Shown: piece after piece, positions 1-9,142 of the stretch | Layout: each line of letters opens with the position of its first letter | How positions within the stretch are numbered: the stretch's first letter is position 1 | NCBI GenBank assembly: GCA_946185175.1 | Contig: CAMHIH010000001.1 | Location: 1 to 32,597 of the forward strand | Direction: 5' to 3' | DNA from: an uncultured Candidatus Saccharibacteria bacterium | Lineage (GTDB): Bacteria; Patescibacteriota; Saccharimonadia; Saccharimonadales; Saccharimonadaceae | Length of the DNA stretch: 32,597 bases | The notes under the pieces: model-generated | Told to the model about the DNA's origin: nothing | Databases searched by the model: none | The model's input: the letters and a program-made list of their open reading frames with translations, nothing else | Made by a program: the position numbers and the translations under genes

Positions 1-2323
1 TAAAGGATATTAATTGGTACTTCGTTTTCTTGGAGCGCGTAGCATATTCCGAAGATGTCACCTTAGGATTCGCGCGCTTATCTATGGAATATGTCAATGA
101 AATATCGCCCGCTACGGTACCAGCAAGACCATAGACACGATTCACGTCGGTATAAAGCGAGGTCGTGTAGTTGTATGGCGTATAGACCGTGGCTGTTGCC
201 GTATTATTCCAAGAAGCGTTATGTGCGGGCACCGCACTACCACCCGACATCCAGAGATCCGTCCAAGTTAAGCGCTGGTAGAATGAAGTGCCTAAATGGC
301 TATTTGAGATAGTATAGTTCGAAGATGCAGGCGACTGTGTGGCTGCACTGTACGAATTACCCGCAAAAATACCTTTTCCGACGTTTGCGTACCCCTGCAA
401 AGACGAGTTATTCCAACTATGTGTATCAAGCCCACTCATATAGCCGCTTGTGGCATCGATGTCATAACTAATACCTATATTGCGGCCAAAGTATTGATTG
501 CTTAGCTCTGCCCCCTCGCACATCTCTTCCTTGAAAATTACCTTATCGTTCGGTTTTGTCCAGGCTTCAACGGTTGCATTATGGGAATTAAGGGTGAAGT
601 CGGATGGTTCAGTTGGCGACGAAATAGCCCAACTTGTTCCATTATTCTTTGTTACGCTGATTGAGCCGTAGTTTTTGCCAGATTCAACGCCATACTCAAT
701 ATTACCGGGACATTTGGCGTCTTTGCGACGAACCTTCACGCAGGCGCTCGTGTTATATTCCGTATTTCCATTCGTGGCGTCTACGATGCCGTCGTAATAA
801 AGCGTCTGACAAAAGGTTTTTGTCTCTCCTGGCAGTAGATTAACGGTGAATGATTCATCAGAATACGCAATTACAGTCTGAGAGTTACCCTTAGATAGAT
901 AATTCGTGTAAGTATTCGTGCGGGCCGTGCCTTTCGGTGTCGTGTCTACGCCGCGCGCATCTGCACCGGTAACCGCAGTATGATATTGAGTGCGAGCGGT
1001 ACCGCCAGCCTCATCTTTAATGGTGCTCGAGATATTCTCGCGCTTAATCACATGTTGGAAACTAATTGTAGCGGTCGATGTGGTGACCTCAACCGGAGTA
1101 ATACCATCATTAACCGTATCGCCGACTTTTCCAGTGACTGAGCCCGTGAACGTAGCGCGTTTACGAGAAATAGTTCTTGAGACTTCGGTTGTACTCTGAG
1201 TGCGTTTCGTTTGACCGTCCTCAAACACGACACTACTATCGTAAGTCATATACTGTTCGAAAGTTTTACTTTCTCCTGGCTCGAGTGTGCCCGTAATTGG
1301 ATCATTCTTCACTTCGGTAAAGGAACTGTTCGTAAGGCTCCATGCGCCAGAACCAGTAGTGCCTCCTCCCGTTACCGTGGTAGTCCAATTGCTGCCAGGA
1401 TTATAATCGGATGGTTCAGCACTTTTCTTTTTTAATTTATGACGGAAAGTAATACTATACGCGCCGCCATTTGATGAGAGGTCGCCATTGCTGCCCTCAA
1501 CCGTGCTAGTACCATCATATGTTGCGGTTTTCTTTGTCATATAATCACCGTAACAAAATGCGAAAATATCAGGAAAACCCTTGGAGCCAGACTGATTATA
1601 GGTTTTAGTGTCATATGTTGTACCATTTACATAGCTGTAGGCAATCTTGAAGTCCTCATATACATCAGCCTTAGTCCCAAACTTAGTGGCCTTATACATA
1701 TTATGCCAGGAGTTGCTATACCATTTATAGCGCCAATCGCCAGTAACACCGCCAGAAGGAATCTTATACGGCGCCCATTCGGGAACTCGCCCCCAGCTGA
1801 TGGTTTGCCAGTGCCCCCATTTATTCGCCGACGTCTCATATGAATGATACCAGTCGGTATAGCCTTTCAGGCCGTGATCAGGGCCACCACTACTGCCTTT
1901 TGCGCCCGGTTCCAGAAAGTAACTTTTATCCATCCAGCTTGCGCTAAGCCCCTGAGCATTAATACCCAAGTGCCAAAAACCAGCCTCGTCGCCTTCGGTG
2001 GTAGCACATGTGCCAGGAATTGTTACTGAGCCACCTCCAATAACGTCATTGAATGAAAAGCTTTTGCCCTTAGAACTTTCGCCACCAACGTATTTATAAA
2101 AGATCCAAGAAACGCCAGCACAGTCTTCACGGTAAGCGTAGTCCGACCCGTAGCATTCCCCACTCCTCTCATCGTCGCCACCACCGCCGCCGCCGACGCC
2201 GCCAGAACTAATCCAGCCGTAAGATTCTGCAAATACAATTTGCGGGGTAATTGCAAAAAGCAAAGCAATAACCGCAATCATAATAATAGCTTTAGTAGAA
2301 AACATTTTTCGCACATTATTCAT
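1..2323 (-). CDS. Large secreted/cell-surface protein of unknown function; C-terminus lies beyond the window edge (at least 774 aa)
   Basis: I checked every triplet by hand: the frame is open for 774 codons from ATG 2323 to the window edge. It is missing from the ORF track only because it has no stop in the window. A GAGGGA SD sits 7 nt upstream. The N-terminus MNNVRKMFSTKAIIMIAVIALLFAITPQIVFA looks like a signal peptide. It is followed by a Gly run and a W/Y/T/S/N-rich body with two L-x-PGE-[ST]-KTF-x-Q modules. The start overlaps the stop of the upstream gene (GATGAATAA). Confidence 0.7.
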   Translation of the reverse strand, partial: MNNVRKMFSTKAIIMIAVIALLFAITPQIVFAESYGWISSGGVGGGGGGDDERSGECYGSDYAYREDCAGVSWIFYKYVGGESSKGKSFSFNDVIGGGSVTIPGTCATTEGDEAGFWHLGINAQGLSASWMDKSYFLEPGAKGSSGGPDHGLKGYTDWYHSYETSANKWGHWQTISWGRVPEWAPYKIPSGGVTGDWRYKWYSNSWHNMYKATKFGTKADVYEDFKIAYSYVNGTTYDTKTYNQSGSKGFPDIFAFCYGDYMTKKTATYDGTSTVEGSNGDLSSNGGAYSITFRHKLKKKSAEPSDYNPGSNWTTTVTGGGTTGSGAWSLTNSSFTEVKNDPITGTLEPGESKTFEQYMTYDSSVVFEDGQTKRTQSTTEVSRTISRKRATFTGSVTGKVGDTVNDGITPVEVTTSTATISFQHVIKRENISSTIKDEAGGTARTQYHTAVTGADARGVDTTPKGTARTNTYTNYLSKGNSQTVIAYSDESFTVNLLPGETKTFCQTLYYDGIVDATNGNTEYNTSACVKVRRKDAKCPGNIEYGVESGKNYGSISVTKNNGTSWAISSPTEPSDFTLNSHNATVEAWTKPNDKVIFKEEMCEGAELSNQYFGRNIGISYDIDATSGYMSGLDTHSWNNSSLQGYANVGKGIFAGNSYSAATQSPASSNYTISNSHLGTSFYQRLTWTDLWMSGGSAVPAHNASWNNTATATVYTPYNYTTSLYTDVNRVYGLAGTVAGDISLTYSIDKRANPKVTSSEYATRSKKTKYQLISF

Positions 2324-3296
2324 CGCTTCGTCCCTCATTTGGTGTTGCGCCGCCATCGTCAATATGAATAATCACATCGCGATTCGCGCTGTGCTCAATT
2401 GATTTAGCCTCATAATAATTAAACTCATCCGTATCTTTTCCATAAAATGAGCTAATGGCGCTGTAATAATCTACGAGTGCGGCTTCCGAACAATTGCTCA
2501 AAAATTCTTCTTCATATTTAAGCATGCTATCGGTAGCTAAACTAGAATTACCTTCAACTTCGTAAACTAGGCGACCATACTGAATGGACAAATATAACTT
2601 TTCGTCACTATTAGCATTGTCCATTTTTTCTTCTATTAAGCCTTTCGCCTCGCTATATGACGCCTCATCTCGGCCACCTTCATCAAGAATACGGTCGGCT
2701 TCGTCCTTTGTCTCCTGCGAAGACTCATAGTCTTGTTGTCTTTCACTATGAGATTTTTGCTCTTTCTTAACTTCAATTGCCGGCGCAATAACATCACGCC
2801 ATAAAAGTGGTCCACCAATTGCCAAAACAAAAACAAATACGGCAACCAAAATAGTGACAATTTTCTTTTTTCCGACCCAGAATGTATCGGCAATCTTCTT
2901 TCGACGCGCTTGATGTCTAACGCTACTCTTGGCTTTTTGTTCAGTGCGCGCGGTTTGCCTTTTTAGCTCTTCTTCTTTGTGAATTAGTTCAGCCTTCTGT
3001 TTTTCCATGTCGCGGATAAGCGCTTTTTTGCGCTCTTCGGCGCCTTCAACCTTCACAAAAAGCATACCGGTATCGGCCTCTTTGATATCCTTAGCGCGAA
3101 ATTTAATATCTTTTTCGTCAATAGGAATACCATCTATGACGACAGTCTCTTTCGCCTTACGCCGCGCTTCCTCTTCGGAAAGTTGCGGCTCCGCCACGAC
3201 CTCGTCGGCCGCGCTCTTAATATTTGGCGAGTTAAATTTCTTTTTCGCCACCTCTTTATTTTCACCACCCGTAGGTTTTGCGTCATTTGCGCTCAT
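2316..3296 (-). CDS. Single-pass membrane protein: K/E-rich N-terminal half, one TM, acidic C-terminal domain; function unknown
   Basis: 326 aa ORF with a central TM segment, IVTILVAVFVFVLAIGGPLLW. It is translationally coupled to the downstream large secreted protein. TGcTAAAAT lies exactly 6 nt upstream of the ATG. Confidence 0.65.
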   Translation of the reverse strand: MSANDAKPTGGENKEVAKKKFNSPNIKSAADEVVAEPQLSEEEARRKAKETVVIDGIPIDEKDIKFRAKDIKEADTGMLFVKVEGAEERKKALIRDMEKQKAELIHKEEELKRQTARTEQKAKSSVRHQARRKKIADTFWVGKKKIVTILVAVFVFVLAIGGPLLWRDVIAPAIEVKKEQKSHSERQQDYESSQETKDEADRILDEGGRDEASYSEAKGLIEEKMDNANSDEKLYLSIQYGRLVYEVEGNSSLATDSMLKYEEEFLSNCSEAALVDYYSAISSFYGKDTDEFNYYEAKSIEHSANRDVIIHIDDGGATPNEGRSDE

Positions 3297-3302
3297 ATCA
3301 TT

Positions 3303-3311
3303 ATTTTAGCA
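3303..3311 (-). promoter_or_regulatory. Extended -10 promoter (TGcTAAAAT) placed N6 from ATG 3296, implying a leaderless transcript
   Basis: The minus strand reads GCTTATGCTAAAAT-aatgat-ATG. The same TTATGCTAnAAT consensus is seen at other promoters in the window. Confidence 0.55.
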
Positions 3312-3343
3312 TAAGCAGCAAGACTGTTTAGATAAAAAATGGG

Positions 3344-4861
3344 TTATTTTGCGTATTCAATTGCGCGGGTTTCGCGAATCACATTGACCTTGATGACACC
3401 AGGATATTGCATTGTGGCTTCAATCTTATCGGCAATATCGCGCGCCAATTTCAATGCTGAAAGATCATCAATTTGTTTTGGCTCAACGATTACACGGATT
3501 TCGCGTCCGGCAGAAATTGCGTATGCCTTGTCGATGCCAGGGAAACTGGTCGCCACGTTTTCGAGCGCTTTCATGCGCTCAGCAAAGTTTTCAGCAGAAA
3601 CGTTGCGGGCGCCTGGACGAGCAGCGGAAATCGCATCAACAATTTTCACGATAATTGCTTCCGGCGTAGTAGGCTCAACATCGTCATGATGTGCGGCTAT
3701 AGCGTGGACAACTTGATCCTCCATGCCATATTTTTTAGCTAGCTCAGCACCAATCTCGGCATGTTTACCTTCGATTTTGTGAGTTACGGCTTTGCCCATA
3801 TCGTGAAGCAAAGTGGCGGTCTTAGCAACACGCACATCGGCACCAATTTCTTCGGCGATCATGCCGGCAATATGAGCCATTTCAATGGAATGCAACAATA
3901 CGTTTTGACCATAGCTAGTGCGGAACTTTAGTTCACCGAGCAGGTGCAAAATTTCGCTAGGAATACCAACGACGCCCACTTCGCGCGCGGCATCTTCGCC
4001 GGCGCGAACAACTTCTTTTTCAATTTCGCGTTCGGCTTTTGCCACGGCATCTTCAATACTGGATGGATTAATGCGACCATCTTTCATAAGGCGCTCAAGC
4101 GCATAACGAGCAACTTGGCGACGGATCGGGTCGAAGCTACTGAGAACAACCATGCCAGGCGTGTCGTCAACTAGTACATCCACGCCAGTAGCATGTTGGA
4201 GAGCCTGGATATTGCGCCCTTCTTTGCCAATGATGCGACCCTTCATGTCGTCATCTGGTAATTTTAGGCTCGTCACCGTACGGTCGGCAGTCACCTCGGA
4301 CGACATGCGCTCCATGGCAGTTAACAGCATCGCCTCGGCGGTTTCATCGATATGATCGTTGTAGGCTTTTTGTTCTTTTACGATTAGTCCCTTCAAGTCT
4401 TCGCGGATATCCTTTTCAGTCATTGCCATTAGCTTCTCTTTGGCGTCAGCCTTAGTTAGGCCAGCAATCTTTTCGAGCTTTTCCTGCGCTTTTGTGCGGA
4501 TACCGCGAATTTCGTCTTTAAGTTCCTCGATCTCAGTTTCTTGTTTGCGCAAATTTTCTGAGCGCTTGTCTATTTGATCGAGCTTCTTATCGAGTGTCAG
4601 TTCGCGCTCAATTAAACGATCCTCGTTCTTTTTCCATTCTTTGCGGCGTTCGTTTTCTTCTTTTTGCGCACGCGATTGAGTATCGGAAGCCTCTTTCTTT
4701 GCGCTCAAAACAATTTCCGACGCTTCGTGTTTTGCTTTACGAATTAACTCGTCGGCTTTATCTTTACCGCCATTTTCATTGCGCTTGTTATAAGCATAAA
4801 AACCACCAACGCCAGCTCCGGCGCCAAGCACCAAGGCGATTACAATTGGAATAAAATCCAT
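3344..4861 (-). CDS. rny: Ribonuclease Y
   Basis: 505 aa with an N-terminal TM, a long K/E coiled coil, a KH region (GRIIGKEGRNI) and an HD domain (LLHDMGK, AAHHDD). This is the canonical RNase Y architecture. A GAAGGGAG SD is present. Confidence 0.95.
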   Translation of the reverse strand: MDFIPIVIALVLGAGAGVGGFYAYNKRNENGGKDKADELIRKAKHEASEIVLSAKKEASDTQSRAQKEENERRKEWKKNEDRLIERELTLDKKLDQIDKRSENLRKQETEIEELKDEIRGIRTKAQEKLEKIAGLTKADAKEKLMAMTEKDIREDLKGLIVKEQKAYNDHIDETAEAMLLTAMERMSSEVTADRTVTSLKLPDDDMKGRIIGKEGRNIQALQHATGVDVLVDDTPGMVVLSSFDPIRRQVARYALERLMKDGRINPSSIEDAVAKAEREIEKEVVRAGEDAAREVGVVGIPSEILHLLGELKFRTSYGQNVLLHSIEMAHIAGMIAEEIGADVRVAKTATLLHDMGKAVTHKIEGKHAEIGAELAKKYGMEDQVVHAIAAHHDDVEPTTPEAIIVKIVDAISAARPGARNVSAENFAERMKALENVATSFPGIDKAYAISAGREIRVIVEPKQIDDLSALKLARDIADKIEATMQYPGVIKVNVIRETRAIEYAK

Positions 4862-4968
4862 CTCCCTTCTTTCCTATGCACAAAACTCAAATTATCAAGA
4901 AAAGGTGCATATCAATCATTAAAATCAGTAAAAATTTAAATCCCCCTGAGTATAGTATAACAGAAGGA

Positions 4969-5301
4969 TTATTTTTTCGGTGGCGTAATATTTGCTTCGC
5001 GGCCATATTCTGGTATAACCAGCTCAAGTCTTTCGCCCCTTTGGTTATAAATTGGGATTTTTAGTTGGTCACCAAGGGCGTTTATGACCGTCGCGCCTAT
5101 TCTAAGCCCGGTAAAACTACCTGGACCAACAAAATAATGAAGTTCAGTTAAATCATGCCAATCGGCTTGGTTCTCAACTAGTTTTTCATGAATAAACTTA
5201 TGTAAGTCACGCGCTAACGTACGGCCAGACTCCCACTCATAGTGTTTATCGTCCAGCTCTAGGATAGTTTTTGGTGATGAGCAATCTAGATATAATTTCA
5301 T
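4969..5301 (-). CDS. tsaB: Minimal TsaB/YeaZ-like protein (N-terminal ASKHA half only)
   Basis: 110 aa with the GPGSFTGLRIG motif typical of TsaB. The ATGA start/stop overlap with tsaE indicates an operon. It is roughly half the usual length. Confidence 0.65.
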   Translation of the reverse strand: MKLYLDCSSPKTILELDDKHYEWESGRTLARDLHKFIHEKLVENQADWHDLTELHYFVGPGSFTGLRIGATVINALGDQLKIPIYNQRGERLELVIPEYGREANITPPKK

Positions 5302-5702
5302 TTTTCAACTATTTCCCGTGTGTTTTCGTCGATATACTTTATTTCAATGATTTTGCGCTCTTCTGGCAAAATTCCCCTAATACTCTCGCCCCACTCAACA
5401 ACTGTAATTGTATTGCCATCCGTAATAGACTCATTTAGATCTTCCGACATTAAACCAGGTTCGTCCAGGCGATAAAAATCATAATGAGCTAAAATACATT
5501 TTTCACCCTGATAGAGTTTTGAGATAGTAAAAGATGGTGAAGTCACGGTTGATTTGACGCCCAGCCCCTTCGCTAAACCGCGCGTAAAAGTGGTTTTACC
5601 GGCACCAACATCGCCGAGCAACTCAATCACGATTGGAGCATGCAAAGATTCAGCAAATCGCTCGCCATATTCAATCATCTGTTGCTCCGACTTCACTAAC
5701 AT
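5298..5702 (-). CDS. tsaE: tRNA t6A biosynthesis ATPase TsaE (YjeE)
   Basis: 134 aa with the P-loop GDVGAGKTTFTRGLAKGLG, an SPSFT motif and HYDFYRL, all typical of TsaE. It ends in a genuine TGA. TGgTAAAAT lies N6 upstream of the ATG. Confidence 0.9.
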   Translation of the reverse strand: MLVKSEQQMIEYGERFAESLHAPIVIELLGDVGAGKTTFTRGLAKGLGVKSTVTSPSFTISKLYQGEKCILAHYDFYRLDEPGLMSEDLNESITDGNTITVVEWGESIRGILPEERKIIEIKYIDENTREIVEK

Positions 5703-5785
5703 AAAAATATTTTACCATAATCTTGAGTTTTTTCCAGGCCGTAGCGCGGACGATAATCATACCTGGTGCGCCATTTAAGCAACAA

Positions 5786-7189
5786 TCATATGCCAACAAT
5801 TGGAACATACAAAAATAAATAAAGCCCCTGATTATTCTCTATCTGGAGTGTCGCCCACGGTATCTGCGCCGCATGGTTGATAACCGATATCTGCAATTGG
5901 AGAATTTTATCTAAGCACATTACGATTGGCGCGAAATTGCAACCAATAGCAAGAAATAACGCCAGCGCCATCGTTGGTGCAATTAATGGCGTAATTATTA
6001 AATTCGACAAAATGCCCAGTAATGAGATTGAGCCGAAATTATATATACTTAAAGGCAAACAGCTCAGCTGCGCCGAAATCGACACGAGCACCATGGTTGC
6101 AATATAGCCCGGACGATGATTTGGATAAAAATACTTCTCTAGGGGCGGAAGCAACAATAAAATGCCTGCATATGAAGCGAATGATAATTGCCAACCAAGA
6201 CTCAAAAACTTCTCCGGGAATAACCCAGCGCTCAGCGCCGCCACATATGCCAATAGGCGGACGGGATGCATCCGCCGACCAAAGTATCAGAGCATTAGAC
6301 TACAGCAAGTAGCTAGACTGGCACGCAACAAACTGGCACTAAAACCCGACAGCAAAACGAAGCAACCAATTAAAAGCATTGATCCAACTACAATCGCAAA
6401 ACGCGAAACGAGCTTAAGATACTTTTTCGCAAATTTCGTGATTATGGAAAGCGCAAATCCAGATGCAACCACCACATGCGCTAGGCCCGCCGCCCGCAAA
6501 GCCTGAGTCAATTCTTCGGGCATGCCGCTCTTTTCGCCCAATAAAAAACCTAAAGCCAGTGCTGCTCGGTCAGGGTCGGTGATTTGCTCGCGCAAATTAC
6601 TTGATAACGCCTGCCGCATGTTAAGAAATAAATCTGGCGGGCTAGGCTTGCTGATAGATATGATTTCTGGATGTCAAAGGTATAAATCATAATAACCAAA
6701 ACCATCCAAGGCTTTGCCTTTCAGGGTAAGCTTATCCGACTTTTCGAACCGCTCTGCAGTATCGCCCAACTTAACGTATACTTGACTATTTTGCATTTTT
6801 GTGCTATAATTAAGATATACGTGGTCAAGCGAAAAGCTGACCTCTTTTTCTTGGATTTTGGGATCATTCGCGACAATGCCAGTTATCGTAATAGTCTGTT
6901 CAGCGAATGATTGTACATAGTTACGTGAAGCGACTATGCCAGACATTGACATTAAACCAAACAATGCGCCCGCAAGGCCAGAAAAAAATATTCGTCCATA
7001 CCTAGAAACAAAAAACGATAAAGCCAAAAGACAAGTTGCGATTATTCATATTGCCCAATACGATAAGAAGTCCCCATTTAGGACGCTTGTCATTACCGAG
7101 CTAGCAGTAAAGGTTAATGCGAAAGTTAATGGAATGGCTGATGAATGTATTCTTTGCCGCATACCAATAAAATATCGCCAATTATTCAT
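5786..7189 (-). pseudogene. comEC: ComEC/Rec2 DNA internalisation channel (3 N-terminal TMs, DUF4131 OB-fold and competence domain, no MBL domain). One frame, interrupted by in-frame TGA at 7046-7048, 6674-6676 and 6287-6289
   Basis: The three track ORFs (6674..7027, 6287..6619, 5786..6271) share one frame: 7027-6619=408 and 6619-6271=348. The gaps between them translate without stops (HPEIISISKPSPPDLFLN and YFGRR). The motif AAGLAHVVVASGFALSI matches the ComEC GLaHllaiSG motif. Upstream of 7027 the frame continues through a third TGA to ATG 7189 and adds a plausible first TM. Confidence 0.75.
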
Positions 7190-7243
7190 TTCAAAAAGCA
7201 CAAGCGTGAACCATTTCTAACCGAGGTCTCATGCTATAATTTA

Positions 7244-9121
7244 ATGGTGAAAAAAATTAAACCTTTTATTAGTAAAAATATCGTACGAGTGCTCTTTTAT
7301 GCGGCTGTCGCGATTTTGCTGACCATTTTCTTGGAATATCGTTATTACATCCATAACTGGGAATATACATGGCGCTTCGTGTTCGGCAGTCCGTTAGCAT
7401 TTTTGTTTAACGCATATTTAATGATGCTTGGCGTTTTTGCGGCGTGGGCTATCTTTCGTCGACCAGGCACCGTGATTGGGGCAATGTGGACTTTTATCAC
7501 GATATTAACCTATATACATATTAATAAATACAATTCACGCGGCACGCCAGTTTTGCCAGAAGATTTTCAGCTCGCGAGCCAGGCATCGTCGCTCTCAAAA
7601 TTCGTCAGCGTTAGCTCAATTGCCCGTTTGGTTGTTGCGATTTTGCTGTTCTGGGTCTTGATGTATTTTTTGAATCGCTTTCTAAAACAGCGTTCAGAAA
7701 TAATTTACGGCAAGGAAGCCATAGAAAAGTCTTGGTTCCGACGCCATATTATCACTGAACGTTTCGCTGTATTACTGATTTCTGTATTGCTGATGATTGT
7801 ATGCACTGACTTCGTGCGACACAACGATGGCCAACGCTATACGGATACTTTCCTTGGCACGACCCTGATTGCCTGGAACCAGAATCGCAATTATAGCGAC
7901 AATGGTTTTATTTTAGGCTTTTTGTATAACTTGCAAAAATTACAACTCGATGAGCCAAATGATTACAGTGTCGAAGAGATAAAAGAAATAAAGGCCCATT
8001 ATACCGCAATTGCCGAACAGGCAAATACCGACCGCATAGATATGGCGGACGAAAATGTCAGCTTCGTGGTGATTCTAAACGAGTCGTTCTTTGACCCTAG
8101 CGTTGAATTCCAGGGACTGAAATTCGAGGATTACTATCACCATGAGGGTGGCGACGTAACGCCAGTTCTACACGAACTACAGAAAAAATATCCGAGCGGC
8201 AAGATGTATAGTCTCGATTATGGTGGCGGTACAGCCAATATTGAGTTTGAATCACTAACAGGCTTGACGAACTATTGGGTTAACACGGTGCCTTATACTG
8301 CCCTGATTCCGAAAGCTGGAGAAATCCCGTCAATAGCATCAATGTTAACCGCGAAGGACTACGTTTCTACCGCCATCCACCCATACAATAACGGCATGTA
8401 TAAGCGCAACATTGCATTAGCTAACGAAGGTTTCCATAGCTTCATTAGCGACACAGAGATGAAACACAAAGAACATGATGGCAAGTCCGAATATATTAAC
8501 GACCGCTCAGCCTATCAAGAAACTTATGACATTCTAGATTCGACAGACAAGAACCAAGTCCTAGCATTAATCACGATGCAAAATCATACACCATACAATG
8601 CCGATACTTATGAAGAGTTGAATTTTACGATAACTAACGACGATCTCAGCGACGAGCGAAAATCGCAAATCGCGACTTACTACCAAAGCCTCCATACCTC
8701 CGACCAATATTTAGGAGAGTTTATCGACAAGCTCGAGGGATTAGACAAAAAGGTTGTAGTGTTATTTTATGGCGACCATGCGGCGGGTCTATTTGATATT
8801 ACAAACGATAGCAAAAGAAACGCCGAACGCGATTTATCTCGCGTAACGCCATACTTTATTTACGCCAACTTCGACTACAAATATACCAGTTTGCACTTGC
8901 CGACCACTACGCCAAACTGCATGGTCAATACTGCGCTTAATGTTTTTAATTTCCAAAAGGACGAACTATATTATCTACTCGATGACGTCTGCAAAGAGGA
9001 ACCGATTCTGGCCTCAACCTACTTGGAAGACAAAGCGCTTTCCGATTCGAAAGTGCTCGAAAACTATAAGCTCGTAACCTACGACATTTTAAGTGGCAAG
9101 AAAAACTGGATGAGCAATTAG
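7244..9121 (+). CDS. LtaS-like polyglycerol-phosphate/sulfatase-family transferase (N-terminal multi-TM plus extracellular alkaline-phosphatase-superfamily domain)
   Basis: About 5 N-terminal TMs are followed by a domain with YGGGTANIEFESLTG and FYGDHAAG, which are sulfatase/LtaS-type motifs. I moved the start from the track's 7145 to ATG 7244 or GTG 7247, because TGCTATAAT sits at 7232-7240 and the 7145-7243 stretch is antisense to the comEC N-terminus. Confidence 0.8.
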   Translation: MVKKIKPFISKNIVRVLFYAAVAILLTIFLEYRYYIHNWEYTWRFVFGSPLAFLFNAYLMMLGVFAAWAIFRRPGTVIGAMWTFITILTYIHINKYNSRGTPVLPEDFQLASQASSLSKFVSVSSIARLVVAILLFWVLMYFLNRFLKQRSEIIYGKEAIEKSWFRRHIITERFAVLLISVLLMIVCTDFVRHNDGQRYTDTFLGTTLIAWNQNRNYSDNGFILGFLYNLQKLQLDEPNDYSVEEIKEIKAHYTAIAEQANTDRIDMADENVSFVVILNESFFDPSVEFQGLKFEDYYHHEGGDVTPVLHELQKKYPSGKMYSLDYGGGTANIEFESLTGLTNYWVNTVPYTALIPKAGEIPSIASMLTAKDYVSTAIHPYNNGMYKRNIALANEGFHSFISDTEMKHKEHDGKSEYINDRSAYQETYDILDSTDKNQVLALITMQNHTPYNADTYEELNFTITNDDLSDERKSQIATYYQSLHTSDQYLGEFIDKLEGLDKKVVVLFYGDHAAGLFDITNDSKRNAERDLSRVTPYFIYANFDYKYTSLHLPTTTPNCMVNTALNVFNFQKDELYYLLDDVCKEEPILASTYLEDKALSDSKVLENYKLVTYDILSGKKNWMSN

Positions 9122-9133
9122 CTACTCATCCAG
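9098..9133 (-). terminator. Intrinsic terminator for metG; the hairpin is shared with the convergent LtaS-like gene
   Basis: Perfect 9-bp stem CTGGATGAG / CTCATCCAG (9106-9114 / 9125-9133), followed on the minus strand by TTTTTCTT. Confidence 0.6.
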
Positions 9134-9142
9134 TAAAACGTA

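Noticed and set aside
2178-2204. GCC/ACC triplet run (Gly run in the secreted protein) as a phase-variation repeat
   Set aside because: There are only about three perfect GCC units. That is too short and too imperfect to argue for slipped-strand switching.
3339-4854. Numerous 60-116 aa ORFs antisense to or nested in rny (similarly inside recA, metG, glgB, pilB, the ABC genes and the large secreted protein gene)
   Set aside because: They lie wholly within strongly supported genes on the opposite strand or in an alternate frame. They have no SD or promoter and low-complexity, Arg/Ser-rich translations typical of antisense frames.
7145-7243. Track start (ATG 7145) for the LtaS-like gene
   Set aside because: The extra 33 aa are not hydrophobic or conserved-looking and overlap the comEC N-terminal extension on the other strand. 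A TGCTATAAT promoter at 7232-7240 lies inside the stretch.
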